Positions 36,190 to 45,754 of a stretch of 64,000 nucleotides of DNA are shown in pieces. Positions within the stretch are counted from its first letter, which is position 1. Each line of letters opens with the position of its first letter. Origin of the DNA: a virus (Duplodnaviria; Caudoviricetes); IMG/VR virus record IMGVR_UViG_2816332268_000002, positions 32,001 to 96,000 of that record. One strand, 5' to 3'. Made by a program: the position numbers and the translations under genes. The notes beneath the pieces are model-generated. The model was not told the origin of the DNA and searched no databases. It saw nothing but the letters and a program-made list of their open reading frames with translations.

Positions 36190-36846
36190 ATGCTTGCCCA
36201 CGCAGAAACGGGGGCGGCTACGGCCGCCCGCAGTGCCTACTACACCGACAACATCGGTCTTCTCCATAAGTTCGCGAAGAAGGGGTTCGGCCGACTCGCG
36301 GAAGCAGGTGTCTCGGTTGATTACGAGGACGTCTATCAGCAGATGACCGAAAGCCTCGTGCGCTGTATCTCCACCTTTGATCCGACCAAGGGCTGGAAAT
36401 TCTCTGCCTACTTCGGTCAGTCGTGCTGGAACAACTTCAACAAGTGGGCCGAGCGCATGATCGAAGAGCGAACGAGACTCGGTCTGGTGAGCACCGAGGC
36501 GCTGGCAGGCGACGGGCTCGACGAGGGCGGTAGCGGCGACAGCTACGAGTTCCTCTCGTCCCAGGATGAAGAGGAAGACGCAGACACGCCCGAGAGCCTG
36601 CTCGAGCGTCGCCAGTCGCGGTTGGCAAACATTGCGATGCTCACCCCGAATGCGAAGCGCGTTGTGGCGTTGCTGCTGCACCAGACGCCCGAATTCATGG
36701 CGTTCTTCGAAGAGACGTGCGAGCGCATGGTGCTGCCGCCGAAGGACATCACGCTGCGCATGATCTTTCGGTTCCTGAGCCTGAAGAAGTCGGAGTGCGA
36801 TCGCGTCCGGGCCGAGCTCGAGCGCGTCTATGGGGTTGCGCTGTAA
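36190..36846 (+). CDS. phage sigma70-like RNA polymerase sigma factor
   Basis: NIGLLHKFAK..DYEDVYQ...FDPTKGWKFSAY (region 2); degenerate region 4. Confidence 0.75.
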   Translation: MLAHAETGAATAARSAYYTDNIGLLHKFAKKGFGRLAEAGVSVDYEDVYQQMTESLVRCISTFDPTKGWKFSAYFGQSCWNNFNKWAERMIEERTRLGLVSTEALAGDGLDEGGSGDSYEFLSSQDEEEDADTPESLLERRQSRLANIAMLTPNAKRVVALLLHQTPEFMAFFEETCERMVLPPKDITLRMIFRFLSLKKSECDRVRAELERVYGVAL

Positions 36847-37469
36847 TGGCTTCGCCGAGCTGCTACGGTTTGCCGTCGGTTTTCGTCGCTGAATCCAAGA
36901 CGTGTTCCGCATGCGGTGAGAAGGGCGGTTGCGTGTCCGCTTGTCACGGGATGCTCATGTCCCTGGCGAAGAAGATGGACGTCACGACGAACCTCGCATA
37001 CCTGGAACGCACGGCAAAAGTCGTAACTGCTCAGTCGACACCCGCATCGAACCCGATGACAACGATCGCGGCGCCCGCGATGGCGTCGCTCAAAGTCAAT
37101 CTCACGATGGGTGCACGGGAAGAAGCTCTGCTCGCCTCTGTCCCGGTGCGCGTCGCCAAGGTGTTGAAGCCGATGCTCAAGCGCGGCTTGGACGCGCGGG
37201 CGCGCTACCGGGTCGCGAACGGCGAGAACCCCTTCGGCAACGGGAGCGCACCGTGGCTGCGGCTCGCGGGCGACATGCTGCTCGCCGGCGGGTTCACCAA
37301 AGCAAAGCTGCGCGCGGAGTATGTCCGCGTTTATGGTTGGTCCGAGGGCACCGCGTTTTCGCGCGTGTCGATTGTGGTGGCGCTTTTCCCTGCGCTCGGT
37401 ATCGCGCGACTGGCGGGTGACCGCATCGTGTGCGCGCCGGGCGCGGTCGGGAAAACTGCTGTTTGTTAA
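36846..37469 (+). CDS. Cys-rich zinc-binding protein with possible C-terminal winged helix
   Basis: SCYG..CSAC...C..AC; TAATG coupling. Confidence 0.6.
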   Translation: MASPSCYGLPSVFVAESKTCSACGEKGGCVSACHGMLMSLAKKMDVTTNLAYLERTAKVVTAQSTPASNPMTTIAAPAMASLKVNLTMGAREEALLASVPVRVAKVLKPMLKRGLDARARYRVANGENPFGNGSAPWLRLAGDMLLAGGFTKAKLRAEYVRVYGWSEGTAFSRVSIVVALFPALGIARLAGDRIVCAPGAVGKTAVC

Positions 37470-37484
37470 CCAGGAACCCTTTAT

Positions 37485-40400
37485 ATGAGTGTATCAACGA
37501 GTCTGCAACGGCACTTTCTGAATGCGCGATCCGACTTCTCGATGGGGCAGTCGATCCTGCAGGTCGACAAGATGGTGGATCGCGCAAAGGAGCTGGGCTA
37601 CGCCTCGCTCGCGCTGGTCGACACCATGACCGTTTCCAACATGGTCACCTTCGCCGGCAAGGCGCAGAAAGCGGGAGTCAAGCCGATCATCGGCTGCACG
37701 CTGCGCGTCTACGAGGATCCGACCTACCGCAAGCCCGCGAAGTCGAGCGGTGAGGCTGAAAAGCCCAACCCGTTCTTCATGGTGAAAGCCTATGTGAAGA
37801 ACGACAACGGCATGCGCAGCCTCATGAAGCTGCTGTCGAAGGCCAACAGCGCGGAATACTTCTACTACCACTCGCGTATCGGCTTGCACGAGCTCTACGA
37901 GCTCGAGGACTGCATCATTTCGACTGGCGACTTCTACGGGCTGTTCCATTACCCGAAATACGAGGAAGTGTTGGTCGACCTGTTTCGCCGCATGCCGGTG
38001 TTCGTGGAGCTCGTGCCGCTCAACACGCCGCTGTATCGCACGATCAACCAGCGCGCGACGGAAATGATCAACAAGCACGGGATGAGCGCGATTCTGTCTT
38101 GGCCCGCGCTCTACCCGAACGAAGAGCACGCCGACACGCTCGATGTTATGCGAGTCATCATCGAGGCGCGGGACGTCAAGATGGGCGATCGCCGCGTCAT
38201 GCGGCCGCATGCCCGTGACTTCTGCATGAAGCCGATGACGGATATCGTCGTTGCCGCGCGGGATCTGGACCTTCCGGTGATGCACGCGATGAAGGGCAAC
38301 CAGGAGCTCGCCGATGCCTGCACTTACGAGTTCAAGAAGCTGGATCCGTGTCTGCCCAAGATGGCCGACGACGAGTTCAAGGCGCTGATGGAGGCATGCG
38401 CGGTGGGCTGGCGGCAGCGATTCTCTGCGCCGGTGCTGGGCCACAAGCCCGACGCGTCCGAGCTGCCAGCATACAAGCAACGGCTCGCGTATGAGCTCGA
38501 TACCTTGCGCAAGCTGGGTTTTTCCGGCTACTTCTTGCTGACGCAGCATATCGTCCAGTGGGCGAAGCAGGCCGGCATCATCGTCGGGCCAGGCCGCGGT
38601 TCGGTGGGTGGCTCGCTCGTCGCGTATCTGATGGGTATCACCGACGTCGATCCTATTCGGTTCGATCTGCTGTTCGAGCGCTTTATCAACCCGGAGCGTC
38701 TCGATTTGCCCGACGCCGACCTGGACTTCATGTCGAAGCGCCGTCACGAGGTCATTGAATACATCGTGGAGCACTTCGGGCGAGAGAACGTCGCAGGCAT
38801 TTCCAACTACAACACGCTGGGCGCAGCATCGTCGCTTCGTGATTGCGGGCGTGTCCATGACCTGTCGCCGTTCGACTATGCCTGCTCGAAGCAGATGGAA
38901 AGCACGCATGGAGTGTCCGCGTCGCTCGAAGAGTCGGCCGCGGTGGTCCCCGAGATCGACAAATTCCGAAACAAGTTCCCCGAGGTCTGGAAGCACGCTG
39001 TGAACCTTGAGGGCGCAGCGCGCGGCCTCGGTCAGCACGCAGCGGGCGTCGTTGTGGCCGGTGAGCCGATCGTGAACCGCGCGGTCGTCGAAACCCGCAC
39101 GGGCGGCCCGGTGTGCAATTGGGACAAGCGATCGGTCGAGGATTGGGGGTTGATCAAAATGGACATCTTGGGTTTGACGAACCTCGACGTCCTGAAGCTC
39201 GCGTCCGACTACATCAAGGAGCGTCACGGCAAGGCCATTGACCTGCTGAAGCTGTCGCTCGACGACGCCAAGGTTATGAAGGCGTTCGGGCAGGGCGACA
39301 CGACTGGCGTGTTCCAGTTCGAATCGCCCGGTATGCGTCGCATTCTGCGCGAAATGGCACTCGCCGGCGACGTCACGTTCGATGACTTGGTCGCAGCAGT
39401 CGCGCTGTATCGTCCGGGTCCGCTCGATGCCGGCCTGTGCGACGACTATATCGCCATCAAGCAGGGGAAGAAGCATCCGTATTACGAGCATCCGAACATG
39501 GCGCCCGCGCTGAAGGACACGTTCGGCGTGATCGTGTATCAGGAACAGGTGATGCAGGTCGCCCGCGACGTTGCCGGCTTCACGCTTGCCCAAGCAGACC
39601 ACCTGCGGAAAGCAATGGGCAAGAAGGACAAGGAGAAGATGGCCGAAATGCGCGAGAAATTCGTGTCGGGCTGCGTCTCCGTGTCCGGCATGGACGAGCG
39701 CGCCGCAGGAATGCTCTGGGACAAAATCGAGGTCTTCGCCGGCTATGCCTTCAACAAATCGCACTCCGTAGAGTATGCGGTGATCTCGTTCTGGACGATG
39801 TGGCTCAAGGTCTACTTCCCGGCGGAGTTCTTCGCCGCGTCGCTGACGGAGCTCGACAAGGAAGAAAAGCGCGAGTTGCTGGTGACCGAGGCCCGCCGGA
39901 TGAACATTCACGTCCTGCCGCCGGATATCAATCATTCGAGCGCGCGTGTCGAGATCGTCGGAGAAGACAAGCTGTATGCGCCGTTTCAGGCGCTCAAGGG
40001 CATGTCGGAGAATGCAGCAGGCTATGTCGTCGACGCGCGCGCGAAGTGGGGGCGGCCGTTCGAGAACCGCACCGACTTTGATGCGGCGCTGAAGTCTGCC
40101 GGCTATACCGGCCGGCACATCAACTCCGCGGTGAAGGAGAAGCTCGCGCGCATCGGTGCGTTCGCTGAGTGCGAAGGCGATCGCGTAACGGCTATGCACC
40201 CTGACCGGCAGAAAGACCGAATTGAGCTCTTGCCGGGTTTTGCGGTCGAAACTGTGAAAGCTGACCGCGCGCTGAACGCCGAGAAGCTCGCCCTGCTGCA
40301 AATCGTGCGGCTCGCTGAGGAAACACGCAGCTGCGATAAATGCTCGCTGTCGGGCGGTTGCCACCCGATGCCGCGCGTGGGTAAGACGCCGAAGTTCATG

Positions 40401-40844
40401 GTGGTCGCCGACAACCCGAACTGGCAGGAGGAAAAGGCGGGCAAGTTGCTCGAGGGCGACAACGCGGCGATGCTCATCAACGCACTGAAGGAGGCAGGGC
40501 TGTCGCCGCAGGACGGCTACTTCACGGCGCTGGTGAAGAGCGGCAAGCCGAAGGACCACAAGACGCTCAAGAACGAGCAGATCAATGCCTGCAGTGAATT
40601 CCTGCAGCGTGAGCTCGACATCCTGAAACCGCCCGTTATCGTGACGCTCGGGAGCAATTCAGCGCGATTCTTCGCGCCGAGCGTGAAGGGGGCAACCGCC
40701 GAGCTCGCAGGGAAGGTCGTGTATGACCCGAAGCGCGATGCGTCGATCGTGTTCGGCATCAACCCGGCGCAGATCTATCACGATCCGGGCAAGTATTCCG
40801 TATTGCAAACCGTGGCGGCGAAAACCGCCGAACTTATCTCGTAA
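37485..40844 (+). CDS. dnaE: DNA polymerase III alpha (DnaE) fused to a C-terminal family-4 UDG-like domain
   Basis: PHP domain, GPGRGSVGGSL, FERFINPER.DLPDADLDF, GYAFNKSH; C-terminal CDKC..MVVADNP..PPVIVTLG. Confidence 0.95.
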   Translation: MSVSTSLQRHFLNARSDFSMGQSILQVDKMVDRAKELGYASLALVDTMTVSNMVTFAGKAQKAGVKPIIGCTLRVYEDPTYRKPAKSSGEAEKPNPFFMVKAYVKNDNGMRSLMKLLSKANSAEYFYYHSRIGLHELYELEDCIISTGDFYGLFHYPKYEEVLVDLFRRMPVFVELVPLNTPLYRTINQRATEMINKHGMSAILSWPALYPNEEHADTLDVMRVIIEARDVKMGDRRVMRPHARDFCMKPMTDIVVAARDLDLPVMHAMKGNQELADACTYEFKKLDPCLPKMADDEFKALMEACAVGWRQRFSAPVLGHKPDASELPAYKQRLAYELDTLRKLGFSGYFLLTQHIVQWAKQAGIIVGPGRGSVGGSLVAYLMGITDVDPIRFDLLFERFINPERLDLPDADLDFMSKRRHEVIEYIVEHFGRENVAGISNYNTLGAASSLRDCGRVHDLSPFDYACSKQMESTHGVSASLEESAAVVPEIDKFRNKFPEVWKHAVNLEGAARGLGQHAAGVVVAGEPIVNRAVVETRTGGPVCNWDKRSVEDWGLIKMDILGLTNLDVLKLASDYIKERHGKAIDLLKLSLDDAKVMKAFGQGDTTGVFQFESPGMRRILREMALAGDVTFDDLVAAVALYRPGPLDAGLCDDYIAIKQGKKHPYYEHPNMAPALKDTFGVIVYQEQVMQVARDVAGFTLAQADHLRKAMGKKDKEKMAEMREKFVSGCVSVSGMDERAAGMLWDKIEVFAGYAFNKSHSVEYAVISFWTMWLKVYFPAEFFAASLTELDKEEKRELLVTEARRMNIHVLPPDINHSSARVEIVGEDKLYAPFQALKGMSENAAGYVVDARAKWGRPFENRTDFDAALKSAGYTGRHINSAVKEKLARIGAFAECEGDRVTAMHPDRQKDRIELLPGFAVETVKADRALNAEKLALLQIVRLAEETRSCDKCSLSGGCHPMPRVGKTPKFMVVADNPNWQEEKAGKLLEGDNAAMLINALKEAGLSPQDGYFTALVKSGKPKDHKTLKNEQINACSEFLQRELDILKPPVIVTLGSNSARFFAPSVKGATAELAGKVVYDPKRDASIVFGINPAQIYHDPGKYSVLQTVAAKTAELIS

Positions 40845-40858
40845 CAGAAGGAACGATC

Positions 40859-41500
40859 ATGACTCAGACCGCCGCAATGACCGTCAATCAGATGGCGCAG
40901 ATGGTGGGCAATATCGACAAGCCGGCCGTCGAAGGTGCTGTCGAACAACTGGCTCCGGCTGCGCCCGTGCCGGCAGACCAACCGAACGAACATGGACTGC
41001 GCGTGTTCGTCGACGCGGGTCAGCTCAAGAAGGACCTTCAGGTCAACCCTAACGACCTGGACGATGCCGTCACCAGTCAGGCGCCGATGTTCGTGCATTA
41101 CGCGCAGCAGGCAGCGTTGGCGAGGCGCCAGTGGGAGAAGTGCAAGTTGGCAGCCGACGTGATGGAGTCGACGCTCGATTCCGCGTGGCGCAAGAAGTTC
41201 GTTCTGGACGGCCAGAAGGCGACCGAGAAGATGGTCGAGAACGCGGTGAAGTCCGATCCGCGCATGATTGCGGCCCAAACCAAGGTGATCGAGGCCCGCG
41301 CGCTCTACGACATAGCGAACGATGCCCGAGAAGCCTACATGCAGCGCAAGGACATGATCGTGCAGGTATCGGTGGATCGCCGGCGCGAGCGCGAGGGCCA
41401 GCTGCGGATCATGCAGGCGCGTGAAGCCGACAACGCGACGACCAGCGCTCGCGACCGCGCGCTCGCCGCAGAGCAGGCTCGGATGCAGCAAGCATCCTAA
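40859..41500 (+). CDS. UvsY-like recombination mediator
   Basis: Helical; KATEKMVENAVKSDPR pattern; precedes SSB. Confidence 0.55.
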   Translation: MTQTAAMTVNQMAQMVGNIDKPAVEGAVEQLAPAAPVPADQPNEHGLRVFVDAGQLKKDLQVNPNDLDDAVTSQAPMFVHYAQQAALARRQWEKCKLAADVMESTLDSAWRKKFVLDGQKATEKMVENAVKSDPRMIAAQTKVIEARALYDIANDAREAYMQRKDMIVQVSVDRRREREGQLRIMQAREADNATTSARDRALAAEQARMQQAS

Positions 41501-41527
41501 TGGATGTCTTCGTTTTAACCTCTAAAG

Positions 41528-41548
41528 TAAGTCACAACTGACTATAAT
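41528..41548 (+). promoter_or_regulatory. phage box TAAGTCA-CAAC-TGACTAT fused to TATAAT
   Basis: Consensus match upstream of SSB. Confidence 0.85.
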
Positions 41549-41644
41549 TGTGATGTGAGATGGGCAGATTAAAACTCCGCCCGTCAATCAAACTGTTCGT
41601 AACTTCCGACTTAACTGTCACTGAAACTGTTCAAGGAAACTTGC

Positions 41645-42607
41645 ATGAGCACCGCAGCACTGATGGAACTCCTCCAAAAGCGTAAGGCCGAGACGGGTGG
41701 TCAAAAGACCATCAAGCCGAAGGCCGGTCGCAACCGTTACCGCATCCTGCCCGGTTGGCGCGGGAACGGTGATCCGCTCTTCTATCACGACTTCGGTCAG
41801 CACTTCATCAAGGATGCTGCGGGCCAGGTGAAGGCGGTTTACATCTGCACGGATCGCACGTTCGGTCGCCCGTGCGAGGTGTGCGATGCAGTCGCGACCG
41901 CGATGGCGTCGACGACGGACGACGTGACGAAGAAGCGCATCGAAGAATCGAAGGCAAGCGGCCGCGTGCTGCTGAACGTCCTCGAACTCGACGGCACGAA
42001 CGCCGGCGTGCCGCAGATCCTCGAAATCCCGCCGACCGTGTTCAACGGCAACAAGGGCGTGGGCGGCATCATCAGCCTGTTCGACGAGTGGCCGAACCTG
42101 CTGGATCCGAACACGGGCTGCGACATCATCATCGAGAAGTCGGGCGCCGGTAAGGACACCCGCTACGGTGTGCAGGTTGCGGGCGGTTCGAAGCCGGTTC
42201 CGGCAGACGCGCTGACGAAGCTGAACAACCTGGACGACTTCGTGAAGCAGGAAAGCGAAGCGGCCGCACAGCGCGCACTGACGCAGGTTCGTGCGATCGC
42301 TGGTCTGCCGGCCCCGACGGGTGCGGCGCTGGGCTACTCGCCGGCCGCCATCGCGGCGAACCCGTATGCGGCACAGCCGGCACCGGCTGCGTGGGAGGTC
42401 GACGAGACGCAACTGATCGGCGGTGTGGGCGCTGCGGCCGCTCAACCGGCTGTCGCAGCCGTTGCGCAGCCCGCAGTCGCAGCAGCGGTGGTCCAGCCGG
42501 CAGTCGTCCAGCCGGCTGCAGCGGTTGCTCAACCGGCAGCACCGGCTGTTGCGGGCGCCTCGACGGGCGACGCTGAGCTGGACGCACTTCTCGCCGGTCT
42601 GCAGTAA
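41645..42607 (+). CDS. single-stranded DNA-binding protein (T4 gp32-like)
   Basis: GRNRYRILP, H..C......C..C zinc site, G.DIIIEK.G.GKDTRY, acidic DAELDALL tail. Confidence 0.75.
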   Translation: MSTAALMELLQKRKAETGGQKTIKPKAGRNRYRILPGWRGNGDPLFYHDFGQHFIKDAAGQVKAVYICTDRTFGRPCEVCDAVATAMASTTDDVTKKRIEESKASGRVLLNVLELDGTNAGVPQILEIPPTVFNGNKGVGGIISLFDEWPNLLDPNTGCDIIIEKSGAGKDTRYGVQVAGGSKPVPADALTKLNNLDDFVKQESEAAAQRALTQVRAIAGLPAPTGAALGYSPAAIAANPYAAQPAPAAWEVDETQLIGGVGAAAAQPAVAAVAQPAVAAAVVQPAVVQPAAAVAQPAAPAVAGASTGDAELDALLAGLQ

Positions 42608-42628
42608 GCGGTAGGTAGGTCGAAACTT

Positions 42629-42656
42629 GCGGCGGGTCACAAGCCCGCCGCTTTTT
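42629..42656 (+). terminator. rho-independent terminator
   Basis: GCGGCGGG-N7-CCCGCCGC-TTTTT. Confidence 0.85.
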
Positions 42657-42672
42657 CATTCAGGGGTGAGAA

Positions 42673-43719
42673 GTGGCGAACACTGTTCTTATCGACGCCA
42701 ACTCGATCGGTCGTGCTGCGCATGCAGCGACCAAGCTGACAATCGGGCGGTTCCAGACCCAGGCGATTTACAACTTCCTGCGCACGATGTCGGCAGTGGG
42801 GCGTGAATACCGCGGCTGGAACTTGCTGGTTCTGTGGGACGGTCGCGCCGACCATCGATACGCGATCTATCCCGACTACAAGGGCAAGCGCAAGGACGCC
42901 CTTGCCGACCCCGAGAAAGCAGCAGACCGCGCGGCCTATGACGCGCAAGTCCCGTTCATCAAGAAGTCGCTGGAGTATCTGGCGATCCCCCAAATGACGA
43001 ATTCTGCGCTCGAGGCCGACGACCTGGCCGGCTACTTCGTGCCGCGCCTCACCGCGCGTGGGCATGTCCAGCTCATCACGGGTGACTCGGACTGGCTTCA
43101 GCTGGTGAACGAGCGCTGCGCATGGTTCGATCCACGCAATGATGGGAAGCGCGTGACGCACCTGGACTTCTTCGAGAAAACAGGGTTCTTCAGCCCGCGC
43201 GAATACCTCGAAGGGAAGGCGCTGATCGGGGATACGTCCGACAGCATCACGCCGGCGGGTGGCATCGGTGAGAAGGGCGCACCGGAGTTCATGGCTCAGT
43301 TCCGATCGATGGCCGAATTCTGGCGCCAGTGCGATGAGGGCGAGTTCGTTCCGCGCCTGAAGTCTCACAAGCGGCTCTGGCAGGGCACTTGCCCTTACAC
43401 GAAGGAAGAGTGGGACGCGCAGTTTCAGGTCGATCCGGAATGGGACGAGAAGGCACTGAACCGGGCGCAGAAGAAGCATGCGGACGCCTGGCCCGGCCAA
43501 GCTCGGGCGAACTGGATTCGGAATATGCGTCTCATGAACCTCCTTGAGCAGCCGCATCCCGATCCGACGAAGACAACGATCACGCAGGGCGCGCTGAATG
43601 AAGAAGCGTTCCAAGCCCTGTGCGACAGGTTGGTGTTCGCGTCGATTCGACGTGAATACGGGCATTTCATCGAACCGTTCCGCGAACGCTGGGCGGCACG
43701 ACAGCAGCGGGCGGCGTAA
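42673..43719 (+). CDS. 5'-3' exonuclease / flap endonuclease (T4 RNase H-like)
   Basis: LIDAN, YPDYKGKR, EADDL, TGDSDWLQL, LIGDTSDSI..GGIGEK. Confidence 0.92.
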   Translation: MANTVLIDANSIGRAAHAATKLTIGRFQTQAIYNFLRTMSAVGREYRGWNLLVLWDGRADHRYAIYPDYKGKRKDALADPEKAADRAAYDAQVPFIKKSLEYLAIPQMTNSALEADDLAGYFVPRLTARGHVQLITGDSDWLQLVNERCAWFDPRNDGKRVTHLDFFEKTGFFSPREYLEGKALIGDTSDSITPAGGIGEKGAPEFMAQFRSMAEFWRQCDEGEFVPRLKSHKRLWQGTCPYTKEEWDAQFQVDPEWDEKALNRAQKKHADAWPGQARANWIRNMRLMNLLEQPHPDPTKTTITQGALNEEAFQALCDRLVFASIRREYGHFIEPFRERWAARQQRAA

Positions 43720-43732
43720 AGGGGTTTCGACA

Positions 43733-43972
43733 GTGGAAGAGATTGTGATTCGAAAGGATGTTCCGATGCCGCAGCGAAAGGTGGTGTGGTCGAACTACCT
43801 GAAGCAGCTCGACGTGGGGCATTCGTTCCTGATACCCGACGACGTTGACTTCGAGAGGGCGAGCAGCGCGATCCGCGTAGCAGCACATCGCCTCGGTATC
43901 AGGGTGTCAATCCGAAAAGACGAAGAAGGCCGCACCGGAGTGTGGCGTGTTAAAGACGACAGCAAGGAGTAA
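43733..43972 (+). CDS. small putative DNA-binding protein
   Basis: IRKDVPMP...LDVGHSFLIP...GVWRV pattern. Confidence 0.6.
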   Translation: MEEIVIRKDVPMPQRKVVWSNYLKQLDVGHSFLIPDDVDFERASSAIRVAAHRLGIRVSIRKDEEGRTGVWRVKDDSKE

Positions 43973-43975
43973 GAC

Positions 43976-45043
43976 ATGAGTTTGGCAGACGATCTGGCGA
44001 AGGCAATTCTGGGCGCGGTTGGCGAGAACGACGAAGAGCTGGAGGTTCCCGGCTACATCGACACCGGCTATGAGCCGCTGAACGAGATCCTCTCGGGTAA
44101 TCCGAAGGACGGCGGTATTCCGATGGGTCGCATCATCGAAATTTTCGGGCCGTCGAGCTCGGGCAAGACCTGGCTCGCCACGCAGATCATGCGCCGCTCG
44201 CAGGAAATGGGCGGCGTCGCGCTGTTCATGGATCACGAGCTCACGTTCCAGGTTCCGTTTGCGGTGCGCAGCGGCCTGAACGATCAGTTCCCGTTCTTCA
44301 TCTACAAGCGTCCGGATACGTGGGAAGCGTCGAATACGATGGCGTTGCAAGCTGCTGAAGCGATCCGCAAGAGCAAGAAGCTCGACCCGCTCGCGCCGAT
44401 CGTGGTTGTGTTCGATTCGGTCGCCGCGATGATCCCGCAGTCCGTGTTCGAGAAGGGCATCACGGACTACAACATGAACGACACGACTGCGCTCGCCCGC
44501 GTGTCGTCCACGACGCTGAAGGCGATCAACCAGCAGGCGGCGAAGATGAACATCACGATCATCTACCTGAACCAAATCCGCACGACGCCGGGTGTGGTGT
44601 ATGGCGACCCGACGCGCACGCCGGGTGGTTCGGCGTTCGAGTTCTACGCGACCCACCGCCTCGCGCTCGGGAAGAAGTTCATCTATCAAAAGGTGGGCGG
44701 CAAGAACGAGATCGTCGGACAGCTGATGGGCATCGAAACCAAGAAGAACAAGCTGGCGCGTCCGCGTCAGGAGGTCGATCTTCGCCTGCAGTTCGAGGAT
44801 GACGGCATGACGACGGTGAATCTGACGCTCTCCCTGATCGAGCACGCAATCGCGGTCGGAAAGCTCAAGAAGCTCACCACCGGTCGTGTCGAATGGGTCA
44901 ACGGCAATAGCTACCCGCCGAAGCAGCTCGCCGAAATTATCGATACGGGCGGCCTGAAGCCGGTTCTGCTGCACATGCTGTATCCGAGCCACTACCCGGC
45001 GCCGGCCGCAGCACCGGCGGTTCCTGCACCGGCAGCAGCGTAA
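43976..45043 (+). CDS. recA: RecA-like recombinase
   Basis: GRIIEIFGPSSSGKT, VFDSVAAM, LNQIR, TPGGSAFEFYA, KKNKL. Confidence 0.93.
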   Translation: MSLADDLAKAILGAVGENDEELEVPGYIDTGYEPLNEILSGNPKDGGIPMGRIIEIFGPSSSGKTWLATQIMRRSQEMGGVALFMDHELTFQVPFAVRSGLNDQFPFFIYKRPDTWEASNTMALQAAEAIRKSKKLDPLAPIVVVFDSVAAMIPQSVFEKGITDYNMNDTTALARVSSTTLKAINQQAAKMNITIIYLNQIRTTPGVVYGDPTRTPGGSAFEFYATHRLALGKKFIYQKVGGKNEIVGQLMGIETKKNKLARPRQEVDLRLQFEDDGMTTVNLTLSLIEHAIAVGKLKKLTTGRVEWVNGNSYPPKQLAEIIDTGGLKPVLLHMLYPSHYPAPAAAPAVPAPAAA

Positions 45044-45099
45044 AGCGCGGAGCGCCTCACTACATTCAAGGTATCTCGAACCTGAATGAGTGAGGCGCT

Positions 45100-45504
45100 A
45101 TGAACCACCACGTAATCGAATTTGCGCCGCCGGCCGAAGGGCTCGACGGCGTTTTGCCGTTCAACACCTTCCGCATCGGCAAGGTGTGGGCGACGCGCGT
45201 GAAGGACGGCGACACCGTCTACCTGATGGACAAAAGGAAGATGCTGATCTTCGGAAGCGCCATAGTCGGCGCCGTCTTCACGGGCAAGCTGCGCGAGCTC
45301 GCCGAAACGCACGCGGTATTCAACCACAACCAGATCGACAACCCCGACGTGGAGAGCGCACCCGCGCGTCTGATCGCGAACATGCAGAAGCGCTACGGGC
45401 CGCACATCGCCCACGACAATAAGCTCACCACCGTCATTTACCTGAGACGAATCGCTGATGAAACCGAATATTCCGATCGCCCTTCCCGAAGGCTGGACTG
45501 CTGA
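45100..45504 (+). CDS. putative ASCH/PUA-like protein
   Basis: NTFRIG...GDTVYL...FGSAIV..V..L.EL..HA pattern. Confidence 0.45.
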   Translation: MNHHVIEFAPPAEGLDGVLPFNTFRIGKVWATRVKDGDTVYLMDKRKMLIFGSAIVGAVFTGKLRELAETHAVFNHNQIDNPDVESAPARLIANMQKRYGPHIAHDNKLTTVIYLRRIADETEYSDRPSRRLDC

Positions 45505-45754
45505 GCCTTACGGCACTGAGGACGCGATCATTCTTGTCGCGCCTGGCCGTGCCGGCTATGTCACCGTGTCCGAAAAGCGTCGCAACTATATTCTCGGGAT
45601 GGGCCTGCCGCGTCGCAGTGCGCTCGGCCCTGTCGCTTACGGTGGTCGCGGCTGGAGGCAGAAGCTGTTCACCACGGCAGTCGAGGCTCTGAAGCGAGGG
45701 CTCCAGAGCGCTGGCGAGAATGACGAAACGCGCCGAGCGCTGTATGGCGGGTGA
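45458..45754 (+). CDS. phage hypothetical protein
   Basis: Operon-filling ORF. Confidence 0.5.
   Translation: MKPNIPIALPEGWTAEPYGTEDAIILVAPGRAGYVTVSEKRRNYILGMGLPRRSALGPVAYGGRGWRQKLFTTAVEALKRGLQSAGENDETRRALYGG

Noticed and set aside
37494-40559. 1021-aa minus-strand ORF
   Set aside because: Antisense shadow of dnaE, expected from high-GC codon bias; no motifs
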